64,000 nt of DNA from a virus, in the IMG/VR virus record IMGVR_UViG_3300045988_118194, positions 1 to 64,000 of that record; one strand, 5' to 3'. Below are positions 37,362 through 47,018 of this stretch, in pieces. Position 1 is the first letter of the stretch; each line of letters starts with the position of its first letter. The notes below the pieces were generated by a model. It saw only the letters and a program-made list of their open reading frames with translations. It did not search any database and was not told the origin of the DNA. The position numbers and the translations under genes are program-made.

Positions 37362-38582
37362 TTACTTTAATATAATCGGATGCCTCTTCCCTCTAATGAG
37401 TTTAAACTTTTTGCGTGAAACATCTTTTGAATTTTCTCCGTTGAAATCCCTGATATTGAAACTCCCTGATTTTCTCCTTCCATAAACAAAGAATATTTTA
37501 TTGTTATACAACACTTTATCAAACAACCTAAAACCGAAAACCTCAAAAGGAGCTTGATTGTTTTTCTTCTTCCCCCCTTTTAAAATTTTCATTTTATGTA
37601 TTTGTCTATTATGTCTACGAATTAAACGTTTTAAATATTGACGTTCGATTCGTTTCGCATTAATATTCTTAGAAATGACAAACGCGTCGGATGTATGGGA
37701 TTTTTCAATCCCATATTTAATCCGATTATGTTTCGTAATGTAACCAAACGTCATAAAAACTCTGTCGTATCTGGATTTTAACTCTTCATACAACCTCCAT
37801 TTCATAATTCCCATTACGGCTGCGTCGCGAAGCGACTTGCCTCTTCTGATCTTTAAATCTATATTACCTTTATGGTATTCTTTGTGACATGTTTCACATA
37901 AAGTTATAAGATTAGAAGGGGAATCCCCTCCGGTTTTTCGAGACTCAATATGATGAACATTCAGTATAGAATCTTTTGACTTGCCTTTACAATACTGGCA
38001 TTTATGTCCATCTCTTGCTAAAACATACTCCCTTGTGTTCCAAAACTCAAGTTGATCACCTTCCTGGTATTCTTTACCTGATATCTCAGGATTCTTAATC
38101 TTTTGAGTATCGAATTGAGCTACTTCAATAACAATACGAAATATTGGTAGTATAGAGCATACATTATCAATAACACGAATATGGGCGTCTATTTTGTACT
38201 TCACCGAAGGTGCTGTCCATCCTGGACGCTTGCTTTTTATTCTATTATTAAAACGAGGTTTTCTATATCTTAACCTGTTCCGTCTTGCTCTTCGTAGCTC
38301 CCTTCTGGTAGACAAAAGATCTACGATATCATTTCTAAGGATCACTTCACTACTGTAAAGTTCTTTGCTTTTCGTTGTAGCTGATAGACCAACATGCTTA
38401 GTTCCAGCATCAACGCCTAACACAATTTCTTGTTTGTAATCGGATGTGACGTACATTAATTTGATGGTAAACGGACATAGGTTCACAACGACTGCCTTTT
38501 TATCTTTAAGCAGTCTCCTAACCTTACCATGCCTCGTTGTTGGCATCATAGGTTTACCATTTATGTCTTGTACGTACACCAT
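37362..38582 (-). CDS. iscB: IscB (OMEGA RNA-guided nuclease; RuvC split by an HNH insertion; Cas9 ancestor family)
   Basis: N-terminal PLMP-like GKPMMPTTRHGKVRRLLK. RuvC-I VLGVDAGTKHVG. Arg-rich bridge helix RRELRRARRNRLRYRKPR. RuvC-II IVIEVAQFD. HNH HKCQYCKGKS...NVHHIESRKTGGDSPSNLITLCETCHKEYH. RuvC-III HTSDAFVI. Confidence 0.75.
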   Translation of the reverse strand: MVYVQDINGKPMMPTTRHGKVRRLLKDKKAVVVNLCPFTIKLMYVTSDYKQEIVLGVDAGTKHVGLSATTKSKELYSSEVILRNDIVDLLSTRRELRRARRNRLRYRKPRFNNRIKSKRPGWTAPSVKYKIDAHIRVIDNVCSILPIFRIVIEVAQFDTQKIKNPEISGKEYQEGDQLEFWNTREYVLARDGHKCQYCKGKSKDSILNVHHIESRKTGGDSPSNLITLCETCHKEYHKGNIDLKIRRGKSLRDAAVMGIMKWRLYEELKSRYDRVFMTFGYITKHNRIKYGIEKSHTSDAFVISKNINAKRIERQYLKRLIRRHNRQIHKMKILKGGKKKNNQAPFEVFGFRLFDKVLYNNKIFFVYGRRKSGSFNIRDFNGENSKDVSRKKFKLIRGKRHPIILK

Positions 38583-38930
38583 ATCTACAAACGTTTTTAA
38601 TGTTTATTCAACATAAATCAGGAATATTTCATCCTGTTAGTACCCATCGCCAATGTTATAAGAGGTTTACTTGCAGGCAACACTGTTTCACCAAATATAC
38701 TACTCCTGTTTAATCGCTTGCCTTAGGGCTACGGACTTGGGCAAACATCCGTAGGTAACTATCTATTCTCAAATAACGTAGCCTTCGTTTCAAGGCTTAG
38801 GCTAATATCCGGACCATTTATGGTACATTAAAACCTTATAATGAAATTATATTGTTTTAATGTTATTTCGGATATATATACTTTTTACCCCAATCGATTC
38901 TTTTTATCTTACGACCTAATTTAAGCCGTT
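38583..38930 (-). ncRNA. candidate IscB omega RNA scaffold (the guide is expected at its 5' end, the high-coordinate side)
   Basis: 358-bp non-coding gap immediately 5' of iscB, where IscB omega RNAs are encoded. Relatively GC-rich. Hairpin ctacgga-N12-tccgtag at 38719-38744 and gccttagg/aaggcttaggc complementary segments. Confidence 0.45.
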
Positions 38931-38940
38931 CTAAAGCCTG

Positions 38941-39627
38941 TTAGAATGTCATGCCACGACGAGGCAGTTTGAGATACTTTTTAAGTCTGTCGGCAGCTTC
39001 ATTTGGTGTATGGCCATCGTATTCGAAAGCGGTTTCTCTTTCAGGAACATCAAACAAATCCCAGTATTTGCTTTCATAGTGATTAGATACCTGACCGGTA
39101 GGTAGGATCGCCATCACAATAAACCAATCATCAGAACCGAAGCATTTTTCTCCGTCGCTGTGTCTCCTTGATTTGCAAACTTCAACCTGTCCGCTTCTGG
39201 CTAATAGATTAAAGAAGGCAGCGTTATACAACATGCTATACCGATACAATTCATTGAAAGTGTGGTATCCGTCAGAGACTTCTCCCACGTCTACAGGCTT
39301 CTTGTTTTGAATACTACCCAAAATGTTCTCTATATAGAGCTGTATTTTATACATACCCATTTCGGTGTGGCCGTATTTGTTCAAGATATTATTGACATCG
39401 TATTGTATATTAAAATCTTTTTCAAATTCTACTTCAGGATGATTAGGATAGTAGTAATCTACTGATGCTTCTAACACAGACTTGATATGCTCTACTATCC
39501 TCGCAACATCATCATGTTTAAAAAAATGCTTAAATCTTTCAACGAATTTAATATCTTCGTTGATTGCTGATTCGAACTCTTCTTTTGTCATTACTCTAGC
39601 CACATCTTTAAAATCTTTTAATTCCAT
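38941..39627 (-). CDS. hypothetical protein (228 aa)
   Basis: ORF. Confidence 0.45.
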   Translation of the reverse strand: MELKDFKDVARVMTKEEFESAINEDIKFVERFKHFFKHDDVARIVEHIKSVLEASVDYYYPNHPEVEFEKDFNIQYDVNNILNKYGHTEMGMYKIQLYIENILGSIQNKKPVDVGEVSDGYHTFNELYRYSMLYNAAFFNLLARSGQVEVCKSRRHSDGEKCFGSDDWFIVMAILPTGQVSNHYESKYWDLFDVPERETAFEYDGHTPNEAADRLKKYLKLPRRGMTF

Positions 39628-39650
39628 GATTTGTTTTAAATTAATTGTTA

Positions 39651-40319
39651 CTATACTTTCTTTATCCTACAATACAAACCCCACAAAAACTCAGCGGAGA
39701 AACTATCCCATACATTATTCTTCTGCCAAAGTTCTACTTTGTTAACAAACCAAGACCATATGGGACCATCATATGAAGAATCAGATGATGATCCCAATCC
39801 GATTTTCTCCATTTCATTCGCCACATCAGAATAAGGATCTAAATCGACTCCCCTAATCATGTTAATAATATCATCCTTGTCTAACGTAAATTGAAACCGC
39901 TCCTTGTTAGTAGGCGGATCTTGATTCAATTTACCAGTCGCAAGCCATTCTCCATCATGATACAATTCGGCAAGTTTCTTTACCTTATTTTTAAGAAAAG
40001 AATACTCTTGTATGACTTCCATAAAGTCAGCTTCGTTAGCTTTACCCTCTATGAAGATAACGGTTTTGCTTCCAGGTCTATGATCGTCTAAGCTTGCCGG
40101 GATTCCTAATATCGTCCATCCTTTAAACTCAGCTATCTTAAAACGCATAACGTCAAACACCTTATAGAAATCATCACAATCTATAGATTCTATTACCTTA
40201 ATATCCTCTTCCGTAAATTTACCTCGTATTGGAATAACGTGATGACCAGGACATCCATCGGTTCCGAAATATGCAATTCTAACCATATCATCTACAATTT
40301 TACGATTTTTGCAAAACAT
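39651..40319 (-). CDS. hypothetical protein (222 aa)
   Basis: ORF. Confidence 0.45.
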   Translation of the reverse strand: MFCKNRKIVDDMVRIAYFGTDGCPGHHVIPIRGKFTEEDIKVIESIDCDDFYKVFDVMRFKIAEFKGWTILGIPASLDDHRPGSKTVIFIEGKANEADFMEVIQEYSFLKNKVKKLAELYHDGEWLATGKLNQDPPTNKERFQFTLDKDDIINMIRGVDLDPYSDVANEMEKIGLGSSSDSSYDGPIWSWFVNKVELWQKNNVWDSFSAEFLWGLYCRIKKV

Positions 40320-40518
40320 TCATATAACACGGTACATCTACCACATCTCTTCTATGAAGTCCCTTTTCAAAATAGGAAACCATATAAGTGTTTTTACCTT
40401 CGTGATCAGGTCTGGGATCAAAGCATTCAAAAACGAATCTTGTTCTACCTTCAAGATGACCAAACATGAAAACAAATTCGCCACCGTATCTTTTATTAGC
40501 TAATTCTTCTACGGTCAT
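40300..40518 (-). CDS. hypothetical protein (72 aa)
   Basis: ORF. Confidence 0.3.
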   Translation of the reverse strand: MTVEELANKRYGGEFVFMFGHLEGRTRFVFECFDPRPDHEGKNTYMVSYFEKGLHRRDVVDVPCYMNVLQKS

Positions 40519-40742
40519 AACCTATCTCCTCCCAATCCTGAATTGATACTAACGTACTTAACACGGACACCATTTCCACGTCCAAGCTGACCCCAGCCGG
40601 GCGATGGGGTTCCCTTAGCCGGAGCAGGGACAGCCCTAAGCTGAGACCAGTCCTGCTTTTGCCTCATGGCTTCAGCCTCTTTGTAATACCGGTTACACAG
40701 TTCTTGATCTTCGTAACCAACGTAATCTTCCTTATTTTCCAT
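40515..40742 (-). CDS. hypothetical protein (75 aa) with a Pro/Gly-rich tail
   Basis: ORF with ATGA overlap. Confidence 0.3.
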   Translation of the reverse strand: MENKEDYVGYEDQELCNRYYKEAEAMRQKQDWSQLRAVPAPAKGTPSPGWGQLGRGNGVRVKYVSINSGLGGDRL

Positions 40743-40870
40743 ATAGAATACTTTTTCAACAAAAGTACGACATTCATGAATTAATTAGATTTAAAATAAA
40801 ACAATATGAATTAAAATAAAAACCCGATACGTTAAAATCGCATCGGGCCTGGTATTGAAAAAAAATAGGT

Positions 40871-41164
40871 TCAGATCTTGGGTAAAGATTCGAGCCAATT
40901 TTTAACATCTTTATATTTAGGGTCTTTGTCTATTCTATCTTTCAGTTCATGCAATGCTGAGTCCATAACCGTATTCGGTACGCCAATCAACTCTCCTATT
41001 AAATACAAGGGGGTTTTATTCGATTTAGATTCATGTGCTATATTCATATCCCAAAAAAAAGTTATGTGAAACAAACCGGCCACGGGTATTCTATTGCCCG
41101 CCGACCGGTATAATATTTTTATTCCTTTTTTTCCAAACGGGAAAAACGGGAATGCGGGAATCAT
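40871..41164 (-). CDS. hypothetical protein (97 aa)
   Basis: ORF. Confidence 0.3.
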   Translation of the reverse strand: MIPAFPFFPFGKKGIKILYRSAGNRIPVAGLFHITFFWDMNIAHESKSNKTPLYLIGELIGVPNTVMDSALHELKDRIDKDPKYKDVKNWLESLPKI

Positions 41165-41212
41165 ATTTTTTACTATGGCTCCCGCACCACCGGAAGGACC
41201 TGGATCTGGATC

Positions 41213-41506
41213 TCAGGTCAGATCCTTCCAGTTTATTTTTTCGCCGAGGTAATCTTGCACGGCAAGCCATCTTATAAAGGCTACTCCTTCGGGAGCATCC
41301 GGATCATCCAAATACATTAACGTAGCTTTCACCAACTCGTTCTCACATTTGAAGACCTTCGGAAAACCATCCGAATAGTACATTGCAAAGACATATTGGA
41401 CATCGCCCCATGTCGCTTTATCCGGCTTCTTCGCTCCGCACTTTTCAAAAATATCTTTTATTTCCGGCTGCTTCCAGATCCTCTTGGATCCATCGACGTT
41501 GACCAT
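41213..41506 (-). CDS. hypothetical protein (97 aa)
   Basis: ORF. Confidence 0.35.
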   Translation of the reverse strand: MVNVDGSKRIWKQPEIKDIFEKCGAKKPDKATWGDVQYVFAMYYSDGFPKVFKCENELVKATLMYLDDPDAPEGVAFIRWLAVQDYLGEKINWKDLT

Positions 41507-41599
41507 CTTCTTTACCGCCTCATCAGCAAGAGCATTAGAAAAATGGTAGCCGTAAGTATCTACATATTTCTGATAAGCTGGATCCTCTGCGTCTGCTCC

Positions 41600-41977
41600 T
41601 CAATAAGAACGACCTCTGCCACGTCCGCGACCTCTACGCATCTGAGGTCCGTCACCGTAGTATCTGTCGTCTCCATAGTAATCGGTCGGGTAGGATTCGT
41701 AACCCATCCTCCGGTATTCCCGGTCCTCCATTTCATGACGACGTTCGCGCTCCTCAAGCCTTCTTTCCCTTTCTTCCAGCTCGTTTTCGCGTTCTTCCAT
41801 TTCCTTCATCTTCTCATGCATACCGTAATGATCATAAGGAGGAAGGAACCCATGTCCGTACTCCATGTACGTCCCATCAGAACGACGGCTTCTGCCTCTG
41901 CCTCCACCTCGCCTATCTTCTATCTCATCATATCCAGGATATTCTCTGTGTCCTGAATTTAAATCATATACTATCAT
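41600..41977 (-). CDS. RGG/RG-rich and Arg-Glu repeat protein (candidate nucleic-acid-binding protein)
   Basis: RRGGGRGRSRRS, ERENELEERERRLEERERRHEMEDREYRR and a C-terminal RRGRGRGRGRSY. Confidence 0.4.
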   Translation of the reverse strand: MIVYDLNSGHREYPGYDEIEDRRGGGRGRSRRSDGTYMEYGHGFLPPYDHYGMHEKMKEMEERENELEERERRLEERERRHEMEDREYRRMGYESYPTDYYGDDRYYGDGPQMRRGRGRGRGRSY

Positions 41978-41984
41978 ATTATAC

Positions 41985-42479
41985 TTATTTCAAACGTTCT
42001 ACAATTAACTTCTTTAAATCTTCGAATGAATCAGTAAGGTCATTCACCTTATTTTCTATACCAGCTATTTTACGATCCTGCTCTCTCGTTTGTTTGAATG
42101 CCGGATTGATATCTTCTAATATAGATTCACAAGCCTCTATCTTGGCACGATGGGTATCTACGCTGTCTATTATGTCTTGACTGGTGCTTTTTATAGCATT
42201 CAGTTCGTTCATAATCGGATCTATGCTGGTAGATAATGTTATACCCATAGCCTTAGCCACATTCTGGGATTCCGGAACCGTATAGGTCTTGGTTTCGCCA
42301 GTGAGCTCTACCGTCAGATCCACCACGCGGGTCTGCATCGCCTGATACTGACCCGGCTGAGGAGGAAGATACCTGGGTTCGGATACGGCTACTACCTTTC
42401 CCAATTCGTATTTAGGTACTGTATTAGTATCAAGGGTATGTACCTGAAACCCTTTCTTCAAATCTGAAAACATGATCAA
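41985..42479 (-). CDS. hypothetical protein (164 aa)
   Basis: ORF. Confidence 0.4.
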   Translation of the reverse strand: MIMFSDLKKGFQVHTLDTNTVPKYELGKVVAVSEPRYLPPQPGQYQAMQTRVVDLTVELTGETKTYTVPESQNVAKAMGITLSTSIDPIMNELNAIKSTSQDIIDSVDTHRAKIEACESILEDINPAFKQTREQDRKIAGIENKVNDLTDSFEDLKKLIVERLK

Positions 42480-42529
42480 AATATTATTTAGGTGAAAATA
42501 GGGTGATGATCTCCATCACCCTACTGAAA

Positions 42530-42943
42530 TCATTTACCTGCTTTAACTTCAGACGCCTGGGCTGCCGCTACTGGAACACAGCAATCCATTAATCTTAACA
42601 CGCCACGAACTTTATTGAAGTACAGAAGGCGTTCTGTGCCATTTACCATAGCAGCACCCGTTACAGCTACGTTAATAGGGTTCACGACATTCACTCCCGT
42701 AACCGAGCAACAGGTGTCGGCTCCTACTGTTGAAACTGTGCTGTTTGCCGGGACCGCAATCTGTACCGGTAGAGCACTTCCGGCTGTGGGGACTACTTGC
42801 CTTATCTTAAGAAGGATAAGACCCTCACACGGAAGGGCGATCCAAGCCCGTGGGTTAATACCGAAGATTGTATTTGTCGTACTGACAATAACATTCTTCG
42901 TAACCACCTCATACAACGATCCTATTTTAGAAACACAAGCCAT
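42530..42943 (-). CDS. hypothetical protein (137 aa) with CC doublets
   Basis: ORF. DTCCSVTG and MDCCVPV. Confidence 0.4.
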   Translation of the reverse strand: MACVSKIGSLYEVVTKNVIVSTTNTIFGINPRAWIALPCEGLILLKIRQVVPTAGSALPVQIAVPANSTVSTVGADTCCSVTGVNVVNPINVAVTGAAMVNGTERLLYFNKVRGVLRLMDCCVPVAAAQASEVKAGK

Positions 42944-42966
42944 ATTAGCCTCCTTTCTTAATAAAA

Positions 42967-43974
42967 TCAGACAGCAGCGTTGTTATTGCAACATCCGTTG
43001 TTACATCCACATCCGTTATTGTAGCAACCTCCTCCGAATACCTGTCCCCAAGAATAAGCCTGGTAAGGAGAACAAGAGGGGTAGGCTGGGACGGCCGTCG
43101 GGCGTAATTGACCAACGATATTCTGGGTTTGTTGCTGAGATAATGCCGAAGCTGTCAAAGCCGCTTTTTCTTCACGAAGTTGAGCAATAGTGTTCTGCAT
43201 CTCCCTCATTTCCAACTGACAGAATTTGTCGTTGATCATAACGGTTTGAGCATCAAGTTTCGCAGACAAGATATTGAATTGGCTTGTAGCTTGCTCACGA
43301 TTGTTAGCCAGACCTTGGTTGAGACCGTTCTGCAAGATATTGGTTTGTTCCAACGTGCGAAGCTGGTTGTCAAAACCTTGCTGAGTAATCATTCCCTGAG
43401 TCTGGCAAGTGCTTTGATTGATCAACGAACTCAGATTGCAGCAGCAAGAGCTGATTTGATTTCCTATTTCACAACCTTGTTGTTGAACTGCGTTGATAAC
43501 AGCCTGAGAAGTCATACCTACCTGACCAGCTACTTTATCAATAGCACCCTGTACGTTGCAGATAGCACTCTGAAGTTGAGTAGTAGAACAGTTCAAAGCA
43601 GAAGCGATCTGATCTATAGCGCTACGATTACCTTGAATTGCCTGCATCAGAAGCTCACGACCGTAATCGTTATTCAACTGAGCGGGTAAACCATTGGCGC
43701 AACAATCACCACCATTTCCAAAACCGTTACCGAAGCCGCGTCCACCCCACAGCCAGAACAAAACAATTATCCAGAGCCACCAACCGTTAGCCCCACCGAA
43801 ACCGTCCTGGTTATTACGACCGTTCATCAAAGCCGCCACCAGATTCGGATCCATTTTATTACCACCTATCAAATTAGCAAACATGCCGGGAATCATTGAA
43901 AGAAGACCGTTAGTGGCTGCACCACCACCGTTAGCCCCGGCTCCATCTAAAAGGACGATTTTATCACCACCCAT
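42967..43974 (-). CDS. Gly-, Gln/Asn- and Cys-rich single-pass membrane protein
   Basis: Gly-rich N-terminus. Trp-rich TM WWLWIIVLFWLWGG. GFGNGFGNGGDCC. Long Q/N-rich helical region with spaced Cys. C-terminal GGGCYNNGCGCNNGCCNNN. Confidence 0.5.
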   Translation of the reverse strand: MGGDKIVLLDGAGANGGGAATNGLLSMIPGMFANLIGGNKMDPNLVAALMNGRNNQDGFGGANGWWLWIIVLFWLWGGRGFGNGFGNGGDCCANGLPAQLNNDYGRELLMQAIQGNRSAIDQIASALNCSTTQLQSAICNVQGAIDKVAGQVGMTSQAVINAVQQQGCEIGNQISSCCCNLSSLINQSTCQTQGMITQQGFDNQLRTLEQTNILQNGLNQGLANNREQATSQFNILSAKLDAQTVMINDKFCQLEMREMQNTIAQLREEKAALTASALSQQQTQNIVGQLRPTAVPAYPSCSPYQAYSWGQVFGGGCYNNGCGCNNGCCNNNAAV

Positions 43975-44718
43975 AATTTATAGTATTTAATTGTTAAACA
44001 TACGTGCATGAAGCACGTAACAAAGATCATGATTGTAGAGTGGAATACAGGTGTGTTTATTTCCTATAGAAGAGAAGTATTTTCAGCAAAAACGGAAGTA
44101 TAATACACAATAATTAATTTTCCCCATTTAAGGTGAAAAACTGATAATCAGAAACTTACGCTTTTCCCATTTTGGGTAAAGCGCTGTAAATCAAACCAGG
44201 GCCCGCATCACTGCGAGCCCTGATCTCTAAACTAATACCATGAAAAAACTTAAATCTAAAAACTAAAGAATACACAAATGTATGAAAATGTACGCTTTTC
44301 ACAAAGAATCTGTATCCTGTTCTTTTGTGTGATTCAAGACATGGGATATAGTTCTGATACTTAATCCGGTTTGATTTTGTATCAGATTATAAATATAGGA
44401 TTTTGAAACTACAGTTCTTAATTGACCTAAATCATTCATAATGTTTTATACATAAGATGAATGCTGTTGTTACGTTTGATGGTACTGATTCTCATTTCCT
44501 ACTGTTATTAGTTACGTCCGGTTCTTACTTTTTCCTATTTCTATAATCCCTTCCTGAAACTAATATTGCAAACTTAATAAAAATAATTCATAAACAATGA
44601 AAATCTAACTTTTCTTGTATGTTATTGATATACGTGCATATATGAGAAAAGTGAGACTTTCACAAGCCTCACTTCCCAAATTATAACTATGAAAAAACTA
44701 TATATATGTACACAAAAA

Positions 44719-46998
44719 TTACCTACATTCCAATTTATTAAGATCATCCAATTCAGGCTTGCTTACGGTCATGTCTTGCGTCAAGCCAGATCTGTTTTGG
44801 TATGGAGCGTAATCGGTTTCTACCGTCTTAGCCTTCTGAGTAGAATCGTATTTCACCTCTGATTCGGTTCCTGTCAGATTTTGGTAGATAGAGCCGGAAC
44901 TACTCTCGCTTACTTTAGACCATATCTTATTACCTACTCTTATAAAATTATCATAAATACCTTCGGCTGTTATAACACCATCTTGCTCTACGATATTAGG
45001 GCCCGATTTTTCTTTTAACAAATACGGGTGCCTGGTGTAAAAATAGTGTTCAAAATCATTCCCGGCATACGAAGGGTCATACTTCTCCAAATAAAACAAT
45101 TCTGATAAAGAAGGGTCGGTACTGGTCATGCTATAATCAAACAACATCAACCTGTCTTTTCCAGATAAAGATAATTCTATTGATTTCAAAATATCAGGAT
45201 CATCAGAAATAAGGCCCAAAGATGGACCAGGTTTGAAGTCAAGATACTTATAGGCATTATCATATAATTTTGTTTTATGGAGTTTGTTGTCAAGGTAAGA
45301 TTGGTATAAATCGAATAAGGATAATGGGTTTTCGCTATCTTGTTTTTTGTTCATGTATCGACTATACTCCCGATCCACATCCACGTAAGGAACGTCAAGT
45401 ACCGCCGGGTGTCCAAACGCCATCCTGGTCATTATCATGTCCTCCGTGTTCTGAGAATCCATGAACGATCTGACGTATTTTTTAATGGAAGCCATGAGCG
45501 TATTATTATCTACGTTCCGTACTTTCTCTTTATCCAAAACGCCGTTCTTAAAACAAGATTCAGGATATATTTTAGTAGAAAAATGAGTTAGGTTGTGCTT
45601 GGCTAACACTGTTGATATTTGATACATCTCGTTAATATCATCTTTGCTGATCCTTTGATATAGATTATCTCCTACCTTAAGCAATGAATGTTTCTCAAAC
45701 GCTTCTACTGGGTCTATATTGGATTCAGAATAAACGATATTCAAATTATCCATATACTCCGGCAATAATTCAGAATAATAATCTGTGCTATCACCAAGAA
45801 CATCATCTATAGAAGATGCCAGCGTTGGAGCATAATTTACATCATTATGCCTGGCCACATAAATATCAAGATCCAGCATCAAATTATCTATCTTATTCAA
45901 AGATTCTTCTGTGCCATCATAAGTTTCCGATGTCCCTATTATATCTATGCCAAACCACGTACAAGCCTCTTCTATATCCCATATCATGCTTCTTAAATCG
46001 GATTCGGTGTCGGCATTAGCCCTATGTAAATAAGCTGATATACGAGCTCTTAGGAACTCTATTTTGCCAGGATTGTAATAAGACAGATCTTGTAACTTAG
46101 ACAAGGATCTTCTCTTGCCTTCTACCACATCATCCCCTTCTATGTTTATTACCGGAATCTTATTCGTAGATGAGAACTCATCAAACATAGATTCGGCAAA
46201 TTCTTTATCAGAAACGAATTTCTCAACCAGTTCAGGATATGAATTTCTCAACGATTCAAAAGCAGATGAAAATTCAGAAAAGTTTTTTATGCCGGCTACT
46301 GTTTTACGCATAGCATAATAAAGCTCAGAAGGATTATATGGTACTTTTTTACCAAATTGGTTAAACACTCCCTCCTTGTAAACAATAGGACCATACTGAT
46401 AGTCAATAGACATAAAATAATTATCTTTTTCCCTATCATGTTCGTTAATAGAAGAATCTATTAACTTTCTCATGGAAGTCGAAACCTCGTTTAAAACAGA
46501 AGGATCGGATAAAATACGACTTATTTCTGTTTCATCATACAAACCGGATCTCCTTAATTTCTGCTCATTCAGTATCAAACTGCCATCTACATAAAAATCG
46601 AAGAGAATAGCATTAGACAATGAAGACGCATTGAAAAAATAATGAGTAGACAAAAGGAAATCCCTTACATCCTTAACATCCTGAGCCGTTAAAGGATCAG
46701 CAAAATAAGTCTGACGCTTCATATACGACAGCACATCTTCTAAAAGAGGTTCGCCATTGGGATCGGTATTAAATATCTCCCCTGGAGCCGGATTATTCCA
46801 ATGACCGTAATACGACAAAAAACCAGGAGTGTAAGCCTTAGCCCATACCTGAAGAGCCCGCTCGCTGTTTCCTAATACTTTTAAAGCACTTTCGTAAAGA
46901 ACGGAAGGCTCCCCGTTAGGAGCCTTAACCCGTTTTATTTCATTTTCCTTTTTTTCTATCTGACATTTGACACCCATAGTGATAAATATTTTAGACAA
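44719..46998 (-). CDS. large hypothetical protein (759 aa), probably a virion structural or morphogenesis protein
   Basis: Long uninterrupted ORF in the late block. Confidence 0.6.
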   Translation of the reverse strand: MSKIFITMGVKCQIEKKENEIKRVKAPNGEPSVLYESALKVLGNSERALQVWAKAYTPGFLSYYGHWNNPAPGEIFNTDPNGEPLLEDVLSYMKRQTYFADPLTAQDVKDVRDFLLSTHYFFNASSLSNAILFDFYVDGSLILNEQKLRRSGLYDETEISRILSDPSVLNEVSTSMRKLIDSSINEHDREKDNYFMSIDYQYGPIVYKEGVFNQFGKKVPYNPSELYYAMRKTVAGIKNFSEFSSAFESLRNSYPELVEKFVSDKEFAESMFDEFSSTNKIPVINIEGDDVVEGKRRSLSKLQDLSYYNPGKIEFLRARISAYLHRANADTESDLRSMIWDIEEACTWFGIDIIGTSETYDGTEESLNKIDNLMLDLDIYVARHNDVNYAPTLASSIDDVLGDSTDYYSELLPEYMDNLNIVYSESNIDPVEAFEKHSLLKVGDNLYQRISKDDINEMYQISTVLAKHNLTHFSTKIYPESCFKNGVLDKEKVRNVDNNTLMASIKKYVRSFMDSQNTEDMIMTRMAFGHPAVLDVPYVDVDREYSRYMNKKQDSENPLSLFDLYQSYLDNKLHKTKLYDNAYKYLDFKPGPSLGLISDDPDILKSIELSLSGKDRLMLFDYSMTSTDPSLSELFYLEKYDPSYAGNDFEHYFYTRHPYLLKEKSGPNIVEQDGVITAEGIYDNFIRVGNKIWSKVSESSSGSIYQNLTGTESEVKYDSTQKAKTVETDYAPYQNRSGLTQDMTVSKPELDDLNKLECR

Positions 46999-47018
46999 AG
47001 ATAGTATAAAAATAGAAA

